NCBI GenBank assembly: GCA_964016885.1
Contig: OZ024741.1
Span: 297,600,001-297,664,000 of the forward strand
DNA from: Eledone cirrhosa
Lineage: Eukaryota
Reading direction: 5' to 3'
DNA length: 64,000 nucleotides
A program made the position numbers and the translations under genes. Below the pieces are notes generated by a model, which made no database searches, was not told the origin of the DNA, and saw only the letters and a list, made by a program, of their open reading frames with translations. Every line of letters begins with the position of its first letter. Positions within the stretch are counted from its first letter, which is position 1. Positions 1 through 13,807 of the stretch are shown here, piece by piece.

Positions 1-993
1 GAGAAGAAGAGTTGGTTAGCTGTGGTGCAGCTTTACATGAAGGATTGCCTATAGGAAAGACGGTGCACTCCAGTCATATCGCCTTGTAACGAGTCGACTT
101 TTCCATATCATACCAACACCCTCCATCCATTGGTTCCAGTTCCAAGAGTTAGGCGATATAATACTATGTCTTCAAAACATACACCCAGAGGATTTCTCCG
201 CATAGGCAGTCTGTAATAAACACCTTAAATCTAAAATAAAGTAGAGTACGATGAGGTGAAGTAAAGTGGGGTACGTATACAGCCGGCGCTCCAGTGAAGA
301 AAGTGAAAACAAGGCAAGTCCGCAATATCTGCTGCCTCACAAAGTGCTCACGTTCGGTCACACGACCCAAAGTCCCATGTGACATACACTGTATGGCCGA
401 GTGGGCATCGAACTAAAGTGCCATACCGTATGCAAATATACCACAGTAAATGTTATTCGTGATGGCTAGTCAGTCACGTACACAGAAAGTGTATATAGAA
501 AACTCCGCTTACGGAATCACCTATGGCATAGTGAAGGGAAAGCAGTTATGATGTAATTTTTTATGGTATTTTATGACATTATGTGCGTCATGTATTGTGT
601 GTTTTTCTATATGGCGATGACCTTGCCCCCCCCCCCCCCCTGCTTGTCCTTTATCCTTGTTCTTGTGATAGAGCTTGATGGAGCCTGCAACCTATGATAT
701 ATTTTTGTTTATAGGCTCTAATGATCCCTGCCATGGTGTATGGATGAAATACTGTTAGCTAATAAAACAATGTATTTCTAAGCACTCTTTGGTTATTCTT
801 AAACTTATAACGGCTCTGTAGTATACTAGTTATCCTACATTGAGCTAAAACCACACTGTCATACCAAGGGCAATATATCTGCGTGTCTGTGCACATTGAT
901 ATACTTGTCAACGAAACTATATATATATATATAATTCGTTTCTGAATTTGTTTAGCAAGATTCTTTATCTGAAAACGTGTGTTGAAACCGATA

Positions 994-1644
994 TTGTTAT
1001 ACTTTGGGAGGGTCATGTTGCCAATAAGAAACACACGCACCAGTTGCTTTCACTTCAATTTATTATAATAAATTTATAAATTTAGGAATTTATAAATTTC
1101 CGGTTGGTTGGTTGGTTCCACAACCAGATGGTTGTTTATATATTGTCAAAGTTCTTTCGTCACACATTCTGTGACCTCTTCAGTGACTGGGGATTCTTTT
1201 CTTTGTTTTTGTGCCTCTCCTTTGTTCTGTCCTACGCCATTTTGTTTCTGTGTGTGTGTTGTGTGCTCAGTCTGCGCATGCGCCACATCCGGGTGTCTGT
1301 GTGTGTGTGTTTATATTTACAAATAAATAAACGAATATAAACACACACACACAGACACCCGGATGTGGCGCATGCGCAGACTGAGCACACAACACACACA
1401 CAGAAACAAAATGGCGTAGGACAGAACAAAGGAAAGGCACAAAAACAAAGAAAAGAATCCCCAGTCACTGAAGAGGTCACAGAATGTGTGACGAAAGAAC
1501 TTTGACAATATATAAACAACCATCTGGTTGTGGAACCAACCAACCGGAAATTTATAAATTCCTAAATTTATAAATTTATTATAATAAATTGAAGTGAAAG
1601 CAACTGGTGTGTGTTTCTTATTGGCAACATGACCTTCCCAAAGT

Positions 1645-1651
<7 letters not shown>
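994..1651. mobile_element. Fold-back (about 320-bp arms) copy of a PLE 3' end/pseudo-LTR
   Basis: Near-perfect inverted arms. The terminus ATACTTTGGGAGGGTCATG is shared with the PLE at 2245 and resembles that of the palindrome at 31059. Flanked by (TA)n. Confidence 0.85.
1464..1506 (+). ncRNA. Type I hammerhead-like motif (mirror copy 1145-1187 on -)
   Basis: GTCA-CTGAAGA-g-GTCACA-gaatg-TGTGAC-GAAA-GAAC-TT-TGAC. Stem III is weak and not palindromic. Confidence 0.65.
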
Positions 1652-1696
<45 letters not shown>

Positions 1697-1805
1697 CGTG
1701 AAAAATACCTGTTAATCATTCAATCGAATATGTTACAAGCATTTTGATAAATTATATTGCTTTTTGTTTTATTTTGTTTTGTTTTTTCTTTTGCATCTAC
1801 TCAAG

Positions 1806-1929
1806 AGTGACACACATACAGCTATGAACATGTACAATTATGTTGAGGACTTTCAACTCTACTCCACCTTTGATATCGACACCTGTTTCGGAGTGAATGG
1901 CAGATTAGATTACAGCTTTGAAATTATCG
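1806..1929 (+). CDS. Internal exon of host membrane-protein gene (SDTHTAMNMYNYVEDFQLYSTFDIDTCFGVNGRLDYSFEII-G)
   Basis: Polypyrimidine tract then AAG acceptor (alternative CAG at 1821). Donor G|GTATGA at 1930. The phase-1 end matches the phase-1 start of the 5949 exon. Confidence 0.65.
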
Positions 1930-1963
1930 GTATGAAATGTTTGTTATTATCAATATTAGTCTT

Positions 1964-2180
1964 AGGGTGGCGGTTTGGCAGAATCGGTAGATCGTTGGAT
2001 ACCATGCTTTGTAGCATAGAGTTACGGCCCTTTAAGTTCTGAGTTAAAATCCCGCCGAGGTTAGCTTTACCTTTCATCCTTACAGGGTCGATAAAATAAA
2101 GTACCAGTAATGTACTGGGGTCGATGTAGTCAACTTTCCCCTCCCCCAAATTGCTGGCCTTGTGCCTATAGTAGAAACCA
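1964..2180 (+). mobile_element. tRNA-derived SINE with Nin-like central domain
   Basis: A-box TGGCAGAATCGG, B-box-like GAGTTAAAATCC, then CCTTTCATCCT...GGTCGATAAAATAAAGTACCAG. Many copies in the window. Confidence 0.8.
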
Positions 2181-2244
2181 TATTGATTGATTGGCAGAAT
2201 CTCGACTGCTACAATGCGCGCGCACGTGTGTATGTATGTATGTA

Positions 2245-4025
2245 TATTGTTATACTTTGGGAGGGTCATGCTGCCAATAAAAACACACGGACCTGTTGGC
2301 TTTCATTTATTATAAGTTTCCTGTTGGTTGGTTCGATAACCGGATTGGTTTTTATTTTGTGTCTCTCCTTTGTTCTGTCCTACACCATATTGTTTTTGTG
2401 TGTTGTGTGCTTAGTTTGCGCATGCGTTACATCCAGGTATGTGTGTGTGTTTATTTATTTATTTATGTGTTTATTTGCTTGTCACTAGCTGGTTGTTTGT
2501 TCTATCTGTGTGCGCCTGATTTGTAAAGTTTTTATGTGTCTGTGTGTCTGTATGTCTTCATTTTGTCCTTAAATACTAGTTGTGATGTTGCTATTCCACT
2601 CGTGTTTTCTGTTTAATTTTGGTTGGAGTTCGTTTATGTTTGTCGCCTCTGTGATTTGTCTGATCATTGCATCTTTTCTGTGTGTGGATATCATTTTTAT
2701 TTCTATGTTCTCTAATGTGCCCCTATGTTCCATTTTGGCATGTTGGTGGAGTACTAATGAGTTTTTCCTATCCTGGAGTTCTCACTAGTGTTCACTTATC
2801 TCACTTATCCTTTCTCCTATGCTACGGGCTGTTTCACCTATGTATGTTATGTTCTTATTTCTACACTGTCCCTCAGTACATCTTATGCTATATACTACGT
2901 TCCTAGTTTTGCAGTTAGTTTGCGGGCTTAGCTTGCAGACTATGCATTTCCTATCAGTGCAGCGGGTTCTTTGAAATAGGTATGTTTTACTAATTAGGGT
3001 TTTTATGGGAATACCTGGTCTTTCAACTATCTTAATATTTAATTTGAGCTTGTCTGGTACCCTTCTAAATCTGTAAGCTAGTTCGCCTCTAGGGGTTGTA
3101 TTGACGAACACTACACTCTGGCATTTATTGCTATCATACCATGAGTTTATTTTAATTGCCTTATTCCTACTCTTCCTATTCTGTTCCAAAATTTGCTCCT
3201 ATACATGGGGCAAATCCCATTTGCATAATTTTCTACAATCTTTGCCCATTGTCCTGGCTCCTTTATATACCCTGATCTTGTCTCTCTGATTGGAGCCAGA
3301 GAGCTACATGCAGTGGATGAAGTATTGTATGTGTCTCTCTTGGTACAATGCGAATGGAGGATTTGCATTCTATTACTAATAGTTTCCAACCAGAGTTCTG
3401 TGTCTAGTAAGGGTAATCTATGGTTGGGGTGTTAGTTAGGTAGTCTATAGTAACTCTAATACTCTGGTGGATGGAGTTAGCTAATTGCTGGATGCTTTCC
3501 ATGGTGTTCTTCTGTGGGAGTATTTTTACTACGATGTCATCTACGTAGTGGGAGTACATAGTCAGGGTTATAAAATTGTCATCTAATTGTTCCTTAAGTC
3601 TTCTGTCCCACCATACCATAAAGAGGTTAGCTATGTCCCCTGCAATGCTAACGCCAATGGCTGCCCCCTCCTCTTGGGCATATGTTTTGCCATTAAACTT
3701 GAACATATGTTCCTTAAGGGTTAGTTTTATACTGGCTCCCACAGCATGTACGTTCATTTTCTTTAATTCATCATGGTTTTCGGAGGTCCGCATGGCTCTG
3801 GTCCACCCGCTCCATCCTTCTTCTGGGTCTTCTTGGCCATTGAGGCAATGGTAGGTGGTCTGCCTCTTTCTGGCCTTGTGGGGCAGAGGCTGCTGAGAGC
3901 ATGTGTGTCTAAATAATCTTTATTGTATGTGAGTTTAAGTAGAAGTCCCAGCTCACTGGTATCAATCCCATGGAATTCCACATCGCTCTCGCTGATCATT
4001 TCTACGCATTTTTCCACATCTATAT
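2245..4025 (-). mobile_element. 5'-truncated, frameshifted Penelope-like retroelement (Naiad-like): RT plus GIY-YIG endonuclease
   Basis: RT motifs QEEGAAIG...DIANLFM and YVDD, a CPTRPERGRPP insertion and a CxxxxCxxC linker. GIY-YIG segments NVVYSIRC...YIGETAR...ERISE and RQITEA...LNRKHEW. The clade assignment is from recalled motifs. Confidence 0.88.
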
Positions 4026-4117
4026 ATATATGTTGGTTGTTTACCGACACCTCAATATGCAGATTGGAGCACTCGATGAAGTACACAGGTTGGTTTGTTT
4101 ACTCCGGAGTAATGTAA

Positions 4118-4584
4118 AATAAAATAAGTAAGTCAAATATGTAAAATTTGGCTTCGTTTATTATAAATTATAAATTTACTGCTATATTATTTCATTTCGG
4201 TGACAGCTATTATTGGCTGTGACCTCTTCAGGCAGTCCAAATTGGTGTGGGAAAGACACATGTTGTTAAAGTGTGTTTCACTCTGTCAATACATCGATAT
4301 GTCCAGCTCCTGGGTGTGTTGTTAGTCCTCCGAGGAACTGGAATCATATGGTTCCAGTTCCTCGGAGGACTAATCATATGGTTCCAGTTCCTCGGAGCTG
4401 GACATATCGATGTATTGACAGAGTGAAACACACTTCAACAACATGTGTACCTGTCTTTCCCACACCAATTTGGACTGCCTGAAAAGATCACAGCCAATAA
4501 TAGCTGTCACCGAAATATATATAGCAGTAAATTTATAATTTATAATAAACGAAGCCAAACTTTACATATTTGACTTACTTATTT

Positions 4585-4588
<4 letters not shown>
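4118..4588. mobile_element. Fold-back element with hammerhead motifs at 4178-4236 (-) and 4474-4528 (+)
   Basis: About 200-bp inverted arms. Motif ACTGC-CTGAAGA (right arm CTGAAAA)-stem II-GAAA-TATATA-TA-GCAGT. Nested duplicated hairpins at the centre. Confidence 0.75.
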
Positions 4589-4666
<78 letters not shown>

Positions 4667-4671
<5 letters not shown>

Positions 4672-4878
4672 GTTGAAAAGGTAACACACCAGAGAGAGAT
4701 ATACAGTGCGCTATCAATAAAACAGGGAAAAAACCCACCAGTGTATAGAATCTATAACCTATGAAAGGCAGACTATAGACACGATAATTAAATTATCGTG
4801 TCTATAGTCTGCCTTTCATAGGTTATAGATTCTATACACTGTATATCTCTCTCTGGTGTGTTACCTTTTCAACATATT
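4667..4878. repeat. Fold-back inverted repeat next to (TA)n, no hammerhead seen
   Basis: AATATGTTGAAAAGG...CCTTTTCAACATATT arms with an insertion in the left arm. Confidence 0.75.
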
Positions 4879-5537
4879 GTATTTTAAAGAGCTCAGGATT
4901 TCTTCTCCTTTGAGCACATTATTTACAGGGAATAGCGAGGGCCTATGCCTCCGTTAATTTATCGTGATATATATATATATATAAGAAAGAGTCGGTGCCC
5001 GACGGCTGAGCTCTTGCTGTTTCGACAGCTAATTCCAGATTCAAGTCGATAGTTTGTTGTCGCATGTTCGGTATTTCCGAGTGAGGTGTTGGAAAATCGA
5101 TAATATTTCTAGGTTGCTCCGTTGATTTTTTAAAAAACCAGAATTAGTTGTTTAGTTTACATATTGAGACCCCCCAACCCATCCATATTTTATAACGTAT
5201 GGGATTTCAATTAATGTGCTTTTTTGTCATGTATAATGTTTTTAATGTCTAAAGAAAATTTATTGTCGCAGGACAGCTACCACTTAAAATAACATTTCGC
5301 CGGAGACAGATTAGCAAAATTTAAAAAGCGAGGAGTTGGAGGTTTGGAAAAGAATCTGAAAAATCATTAAGCGGAGGGGTTTGGGGATGCATTTATTCGA
5401 GATCCGAGAGTACCTGAAAATGTATTTGCATATTAACTGGACAAAGAAGTGAAATCAAAGAAGCAGTCATTCTCTAGAAAATTCTTGTAGAACTAAAGTT
5501 GAAACGGCTGAGCTCACCGTTGAGATTTGATCTCCTC

Positions 5538-5555
5538 ACACACACACGCACACGC

Positions 5556-5603
<48 letters not shown>

Positions 5604-5782
5604 TCACTCACTCACTCACTCACTCACTCACTCACTCACTCCTCACTCACTCACTCCTCACTCACTCCTCACTCACTCCTCACTCACTCACTCACTCACT
5701 CACTCACACTCACTCACTCACACTCACTCACACTCACACTCACACACACACACACTCACACTCTCTCTCTCTCTCTCTCTCT
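5538..5782. repeat. Compound (CA)n/(CACT)n/(CT)n microsatellite
   Basis: Seen directly. Confidence 0.95.
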
Positions 5783-5948
5783 CCTTCAATAAATTCCCTT
5801 CTGTAATCTGTTTCTCATATTTCGTTTCTGTATAGATATATCCTTCAAGGTACAAATATTGAAACTTTATAATGAAGTGAGTTAGAAATTGTATTGCATT
5901 GCGTTTGAGAAAATTATGGCAAATTCTTTTAATTTTTATTGACAACAG

Positions 5949-6058
5949 GTTCGTATGATTCGGTTATTAACGAAGATGAAGAACAACTGAAATTTGAAAT
6001 TCGCTACAGCTTGTCTGATATTGCCAATGTGTCACCACTTAGAATTTCAAATATTAAT
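5949..6058 (+). CDS. Internal exon (GSYDSVINEDEEQLKFEIRYSLSDIANVSPLRISNIN)
   Basis: CAG acceptor at 5946-5948, GTAAGT donor at 6059, open frame, phase 1 to 0. Confidence 0.85.
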
Positions 6059-6974
6059 GTAAGTTTTCCATTCCTTACTGAAACAGTGCTTTACTTACTG
6101 CCTGTGCTTTCGTTTCCTTAATTTTCAATAAATACGAAGTCAAAACCAACGAAGCCAAATATCACTAAAGTACCATTTTTACATTCCTTGATTTCTTCGT
6201 AAACAATGTTATATCAATCCTAGTGTTTGTAAATATATTTAGAAATTATTACGGTTGCATGACAGATGACATGATATTTAAATTCAATTGGCTTACATTC
6301 TTTGCAACAATGATTGTTAAAATTTCTTATGTTTAATTCTCTACGTTTAACCCGTATCCGGTCAGAATTATCTCACCTCCTTCTGTTCAAACCGGCCATA
6401 ACTGGCCGTTCGTACCAATGTTAAGGTATTTTTCTCAAAATAAATAATATCAAAATCGCGTAGCTTCGATATTATATGAGATAATTATGTGAGATAAAGC
6501 CTTTACCGTGAAAATATAATAGTAAATATAGAGTAATGTAAATGGTAAAGGGTTAAGCGTTCAATTATTTTTAGTTCCGACTTCACCTTTTAAGAATCCA
6601 CAGCCATTACATAAGAAAGCATATTATTGTCATACATAATATAAAACAGTTGAAACTGACAGCTTATTTTTCATGAGGTGCATTCGTTTGGCAATGTAAT
6701 TAAATAAATAAGGAAATATTTATGCTAGAACACAACGTATATTTAAAGGTTTTAAGGTCAATTTAATGTAGATATACCTGTTTTTTTTTTAATTGAAGAA
6801 AGTATGTGTAAACACTTTCTACTTTTCCTCCGCAGGCAGAATAACAAGAGCTTATCCTGATGCTTTTCAGACATTATTCTGTATTCATGCATTACATAAT
6901 CTGCCCATAGAAACACCATACCTGAATAAAATACGAAACGGCCAGAACAGGAATGTGTTCGACGTAGTTCTATG

Positions 6975-7490
6975 GACTTGGGGTTAGACTTGCCTCTAAA
7001 CAACACTTATCGTTCCACTTATTGCTTTGGGACGGAACATGCGGCACATTCTCCGCCTCATCCACAAACCCCGGTATCGCAATGCAGAGGACAGGAATAC
7101 AAGCAAATACTGGGGCTTGTCCGGCCGTTTCCTCTTTGTACCGGTCGCCGTCAAGACCTCAGGCGTCCCCGGATCCCGGACAGCTGCCCTCTTCAGTAAA
7201 ATCGGGTAGATAGCAGTCCGTCTGAGAAAGGAGCCCCGCGAGGTGGTGTGGCTGTTGCAGCGTGTGCCGCTGGCCATTTGCCGCGGAAATGCCTTTGCCA
7301 TTTTGTCCACGGGGCGCAGCTGAAACACTGCTCTCTCCTAGGTGTAGAGTCTGTCACCATCTCCCTTTTCCCCTTTCTTTCTTCCTTTGTCTAGTAGACC
7401 TTGCTCTTCCTCTTCTTTTCCACTCATTTATGGCATTTATTGTCCTTTCCAAATACTGCTTTCTTTTTCTGTATGTTTAACCAAATAAAA
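6975..7490 (+). mobile_element. 3' fragment of CRE-like non-LTR retrotransposon (restriction-like endonuclease C-terminus)
   Basis: KYWGLSGRFLFVPVAVKTSG...EPREVVWLLQRVPLAICRGNAFAIL, then a pyrimidine-rich UTR and AATAAAA. Confidence 0.75.
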
Positions 7491-7603
7491 TTTTACATTT
7501 GCATTTTAACTTACCTATTTGACAGCACCTTAAATTTCACAGACCTGAGATTTCTAAATTTTTTACTTCACTTTAACATTTAGTTATTCGTCTAATTTTG
7601 CAG

Positions 7604-7750
7604 ATTGATGAAGGTGAAAGTACAGTGGTTGTGTCGTTTTCTCTACTTGGTGTACCACCAAATAGCAAATCTAACGAAACCGATTTACAAACAGCCGCCC
7701 AGAATTTGGTTGATAAAATCAGCAAGGATCAACTCGTTATTACTACATCC
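7604..7750 (+). CDS. Internal exon (IDEGESTVVVSFSLLGVPPNSKSNETDLQTAAQNLVDKISKDQLVITTS), possibly SEA-like juxtamembrane domain
   Basis: CTAATTTTGCAG acceptor, GTGAGT donor, 147 nt, phase 0-0, no stops. Confidence 0.88.
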
Positions 7751-8339
7751 GTGAGTAGACCGTTACACTAATAACTTCAAACTTTTCTATATAACCCACT
7801 TACTTATACATTACAACTTTCTTATATGTTTTATTATAAAATTTATATAAATATTCACTTCATTTATTTGATTATTGCATTCTACAATTGTTTCCACAAC
7901 TCGACAATCTTACAAAAGAAAAAAGTTACATAACTACTGTGATTTAATAACTGATCGCTTCCTCGGGAAATTCCTAATACAATTAAAGAATACCTAATGG
8001 GAACATCGCTTTATAAAAGTAGCTGAAAAAGGGGAAAATAAATAGATAGGGGGTGCAGAATTTACCAGGCGTGATTTGGGTTATGTTGATGGAATGCATA
8101 TATCTTAACCTTATTTTTGTAGCAGTGAATTATTAATAGGCTAATAGATCTGTATTTTCTCGGGAGAGAACTAATAAAACTTCGAACGAGACATTGAGAA
8201 ATCTGGCGAAAGGACAATCAATCTTCCCATATGTGTAAGATAAAAGTCAGAAGTTAAAATAGTAACTTTGAGAGTTTTCCGTTTAATCAACCAAGGTTGT
8301 AAGTATTTCTAATATTATAAAGAGAATTATAACTTATAT

Positions 8340-10530
8340 GTATACAGAGAGACGTACTGGAACAGCTACTTTACTTCGCGGGGCTCGCACCTGCGGGAAG
8401 CCAACTCCGCTCTGATGGCAGTGAGCAAAGATCCGGTCTGGAGGCCAAGAACGCTGGAAGTCTCCACTGCTATAGGCTCAACAAGAAACCTATCAGTGAG
8501 CGGCTGATACTTGGACAGTTTGCCCTATTAGGCCTGGTGAGCAGCGAAGCCTGGGCTGGCGGGTGGCGAAAACAAACACACTAGATTACAGCTAGAGGTG
8601 TCACAGCCTGTAGCATATCAGATGTAGGCCCCCCCTCCTCCCGCGGAACAAGAAGATTGTCGTGCCGTCTGGCCATTTGCAGTCTCCTCTTTCCAGCCCC
8701 GCTGGCTCAAGCTGGGAAGAGAAGCCTACGCCGTCCAGGCCATGCTTTATGATCTCATTGAGAGCAGCATGGCATGGAAGGCGGCCAACACTGTAACGGC
8801 ATGACAGCCGGTGAAGACTGAATGGATCCACATTGGAACTGCAGTGGAATTTGTGAGGCTCACAATCTGGAGGCTGAGCCTCAGGAAAACACCGATGCGC
8901 AAGCAGTCGCTGTCTAGCTGAGAACAAACCGCAAGTGATGGTACTGCGTTGAGCCAGGCACTACTGTGGGGTTGGGAGGCAGAGCAAAAATATGCCAGAC
9001 GGTGCTGGTCGAGATGGCGCACTAGCTTGTCTGAGGTCATGGTGCATTAGATGGCGGCTCGTTTGTTTTGAGGTGACTGGGCGTCTACGGAGGGGAGAGA
9101 GGAGATCAACGATCATAGTGTGGAGGCTGAGTTGGTTCCATATTGCGTAGGCCGCCTCACGTTCCTCGATTACGGTAGGTTCAGTTGTATTGTGGAGAAC
9201 CTTATTGATGAGGACATGGCAAGAAGTCACCGACGAAAGAAATGCCAGCAAAGTCAGTGAGATGAGAGACCGAGGTCACCATGTCTCACAGGCAAGGTGG
9301 CCTATTGCAATCCGGTGATATTATACCGTACTTTGCATATCTCCCTAGCAGCCTGTCGGATGCATACATCGAGAACTGTGTGGATGGCGGCACTGTGGGT
9401 ATAGCATGGAACTCGGCATGGCGAAGCAGTTCATTAACAGAAAGAGTGCCGAGTGGACGTCAATCAGGTTCAGTCTACTCGTCAGGGTTTCTAGCTGGTG
9501 TAGCCGTTCTCAGGGTAGAGCGAATGGCTGGCGGGAGGATCGACAAACCGAGGTTAAGAATGTCTTACTTAGGGGTCACCTGCACCTATTGGAGTAATGA
9601 TAGGACGTCCGAGACGGATGCCGCTAAACCTTCTGCGTCGTAATTGACATTCACGACCGGGACGAGTTGATTTCAAGGCTGAACCTTGCCAGAGCGGGAA
9701 CCATTGATTGAAGATTAAGACATACATTCTCTGCGGGCCCGTTGTATCGTCCAGGTACTAGACGTTGAGAGGATCGGTGATCCGTGCAATGCTATCCACC
9801 CCGAGAGCGAAGTGGAAGGGGTTCAATGTATCGCCCTGCTGGACGCCAGTTGAAGATAGGATGACCTTGTTTGTAGGGGAGAGCATGCTCAGGGACCCGT
9901 ATAACAAGCATGCCAGTGGATAGGTGGACTGGGCACAGCTAAGGCAAGCCTCGAGCAACTGGTCACGGCGCAGACAGTTAAAGGCATTTCTCATTTCAAG
10001 CTTGACGATGAGATGCCTGGAATCACTCGACGCCGGCTCGGAGCAGAGATGATATTCTGCTCGTAGGGCATGTATAGGGGTTGAGGATCAGGTGGGTGAT
10101 AGGTCTGAGGTCTGCAGGTCGCTGGGATATTTGAGCCGGAAAACAACCAAAATCTTCTTGGTGGGTAGGGGACGGTGTCGTCAGCCGGGACATCGCCCTC
10201 GATAAGTTTAGCGTTTACCCGGTATCTGGGTTGGAGGACTGCAGGCACACGAATGTGAGGCACACTCGGACACACTAGGGATGGGTACCTGTCTGAAAGT
10301 CGAGATGTTGGCATTGACCAGGACAATTGTCGACAGGCCTCCTCGATCAGCACCAGACTTGAGGAGACCGAGGGCATCTGTTGATAGTGGCGCATGTACT
10401 GCAGGTAGCTCCCTGTAGGGGATAGGGGGGTGAGGTGGCTGGGAATCAAGGATTGGAACAGTGTTCATCAACATGGGTGTTGACATATTGTTGTTCGAGC
10501 TGAGACACTGATTGGCATCTTGAAAGTGGG
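8340..10530 (-). mobile_element. Degenerate CRE-like non-LTR retrotransposon (RT, Zn knuckle, RLE)
   Basis: NAFNCLRRD, GVQQGD, SAWLNAVP, HRLSC...HAALNEII...LEPAGLERGD.KWPDG spread across frameshifted ORFs. The 5' boundary is uncertain. Confidence 0.82.
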
Positions 10531-11211
10531 TGGGAGATGGGGTTACGATGCTGATGTGGTGATGGCTACGGGTTTGCGAAAGGTTTGATTAGTGTGGAAA
10601 TATACGAGAAATGTAGAATGTAGAATTGGACGTTGTGTGTGTGTGTGTGAAGAAGAAACATTGAAGTGTTCAAAAATAAATAAACAAACATATAAAGTAA
10701 TGGGGGAGGGGGGATTTATCGAAAGAACGTGAAATGTGAAAGCAGTAGAAATAATGTGAAAACAGTAGAAATAATGTGAAAGCAGCAGAAATGATAAATC
10801 CCTCCCCGTATATGGACCATGGTCCAGGTTGTAAGGTTTCTTTATAAGTGACTTCATGCTGTTTGTTCTGGGCGCACGTGTGGGTTGAGATTGTATTTGG
10901 TTTTCCTATCCACTTTCTCACAGCGTTTTTATTTTATTATTTTTTTTTGGTAGGGTCGGATATTTCAATTTTGTGCTTCTTACAGGTATCCAATGATTGT
11001 TTGTTTGATGAAATACACATTCAAAGTTGAAAGCAGAGCTAGTTAGCCCCCGCGAGGTGGAGTAGCTGTTCGAGTGCGTCTCCATCGCCGTCTTCCTTAG
11101 GCAATGTAATCTCTATCCTGTCGGCCGGCACCAAGTGGCGGACGACTTATTAGGGCAGGAGTAGGAAGCATTCTATCCGACGTTCTAACGGCTCTGCCAA
11201 TTCGCCGCCTA

Positions 11212-11314
<103 letters not shown>

Positions 11315-11507
11315 CATTTAGGTTTGTTGGTTCACCACTGGATAGAACTGGTCATTCCGTATAGTCAACCTTGATGTAATATTAGGGAGAGCACTCGACG
11401 TAATGCAACTCACCCGTCTTCATTTGTGTTGCTGGTGGTGCGAGTACGGAGTTAATTATTATAAAACAACAGGAGGCTGGACTGGTCTAATTCCTTAAAG
11501 GTTTATT

Positions 11508-11565
11508 ATACAATGAACATTTCAATGACCGGATTCAGTATGAATCCGGTGACATCATCAGGTAT
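11508..11565 (-). ncRNA. Type I hammerhead motif
   Basis: Minus strand: ATAC-CTGATGA-tgtc ACCGGATTCA tac TGAATCCGGT catt-GAAA-TGTTCA-TT-GTAT. Confidence 0.65.
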
Positions 11566-12092
11566 TCCGAAATTTATCCAACAAAAGAATATAATAATAG
11601 ATACAATCCAAGGGGCTGAAAAGCAGAGAGAGATGCCCAAGACAAGAAGGCGGCCAAAAATATATCGATTGAACGTTTGAAAGTATATACCTTCCTTATA
11701 CATATTAACGGCTGAGCAGCCTAATTTGCATATCGAGAGTTTACAAACAAACCGAAAATTATAATAAATGTTCGGTAAACCCATACGTACATATATATAT
11801 ATATATATATATGTGTGCATGTATGTATGTATATACATACTACTGTACGTCTGTATACATATATATATGTACGTATACATACTTATATTTAAGTATCAGC
11901 CGTACTAAGAGTGAGAAATGAAATTTCATTTTTTTCCATATATATATATATATATCCATTTCGACACATGCTTTCAGGTAAGAAATCTTGCAAAATAAAT
12001 CCAAAGCATTATATTTGTATATAATTGAGTTGTATTAACACCTATTACCCTAATATGATTCATTTGAATATTTAACTTCGTTTCTCTTGTAG

Positions 12093-12177
12093 GATAAAAG
12101 AGAATTGAAAACTGAACCGAAATCCTTCACAAAGGTTGTAAATATAACAGAAAAGCAGAGTGGAAGATACTCTCCAG
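12093..12177 (+). CDS. Internal exon (DKRELKTEPKSFTKVVNITEKQSGRYSP-G)
   Basis: TTTCTCTTGTAG acceptor, CAG|GTAAAA donor, phase 0 to 1. Confidence 0.82.
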
Positions 12178-12282
12178 GTAAAAGTCACTTAGAAAAAATA
12201 TAAGAATATCTTAATTCAATGTTGTGTCTTTCTTTCCATAACACACTCACGCGCACACACACATATATATGATATAAATATA

Positions 12283-12837
<555 letters not shown>

Positions 12838-12968
12838 CTTGACTCTGTATTCCGTTTATCTTTCACCGAAAGTGATTTCTGAATGCATCTCTTCTTTCCA
12901 TGATATCCGGATTACATTGAGTTCTTCATACGGATTGGACACTGCCGTAAACTCTTGGTAGATTTATC

Positions 12969-13009
<41 letters not shown>

Positions 13010-13011
13010 TG

Positions 13012-13078
<67 letters not shown>

Positions 13079-13266
13079 GTATATATATGTATATATATAT
13101 GTATATATATATGTATATATATATGTATATATATATATGTATATATATATGTATATATATATGTATATATATATGTATGTATATATATATATGTATATAT
13201 ATATGTATGTATATATATATATGTATATATATATATATGTATATATGTATATATATATATATGTAT

Positions 13267-13573
13267 ATAATATAAGATCAAAAGATGGTTAAAGGAGTTC
13301 CATATATTTTATTATGCGCATTTCAAAAACAAACATCATCAAGCAATAATATTTGTGTTTTCATCAGATAAAACAGGAGAACATGATATGAAGGCTAAAA
13401 AACACTTGTTGATTTAAAACTGCACTATCAACAAGTGTTTTTTAGCCTTCATATCATGTTCTCCTGTTTTATCTGATGAAAACACAAATATTATTGCTTG
13501 ATGATGTTTGTTTTTGAAATGCGCATAATAAAATATATGGAACTCCTTTAACCATCTTTTAATCTTATATTAT
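13267..13573. mobile_element. Fold-back element with hammerheads at 13467-13533 (+) and 13307-13373 (-)
   Basis: TTTTAT-CTGATGA-stem II-GAAA-TGCGCA-TA-ATAAAA with palindromic stem/loop III. Confidence 0.8.
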
Positions 13574-13668
13574 GCATACTCCAGTCCCACAAACTGTAGA
13601 GTGCTTCTTATCCGATATCTGCATTGCTTTATTGTACTACAATAAAACTCACCTCCTACATATATATG

Positions 13669-13739
<71 letters not shown>

Positions 13740-13740
13740 G

Positions 13741-13791
<51 letters not shown>

Positions 13792-13807
13792 ATATATGTA
13801 TATATAT

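Noticed and set aside
1-780. Possible decayed LINE 3' end
   Set aside because: Only a vague resemblance (ALHEGLPI, C-rich UTR, AATAAAA). No motif strong enough to call.
994-1651. Palindromes as TIR DNA transposons (MITEs) or assembly fold-back artefacts
   Set aside because: Arms carry HHRs and PLE termini, are often asymmetric, and usually differ by a few substitutions. The perfect ones, such as 12411, still merit read-level checking.
2245-4025. Selenocysteine recoding as reported for some Naiad elements
   Set aside because: The copy is too degraded. Its stops and frameshifts look like ordinary decay and no SECIS was recognised.
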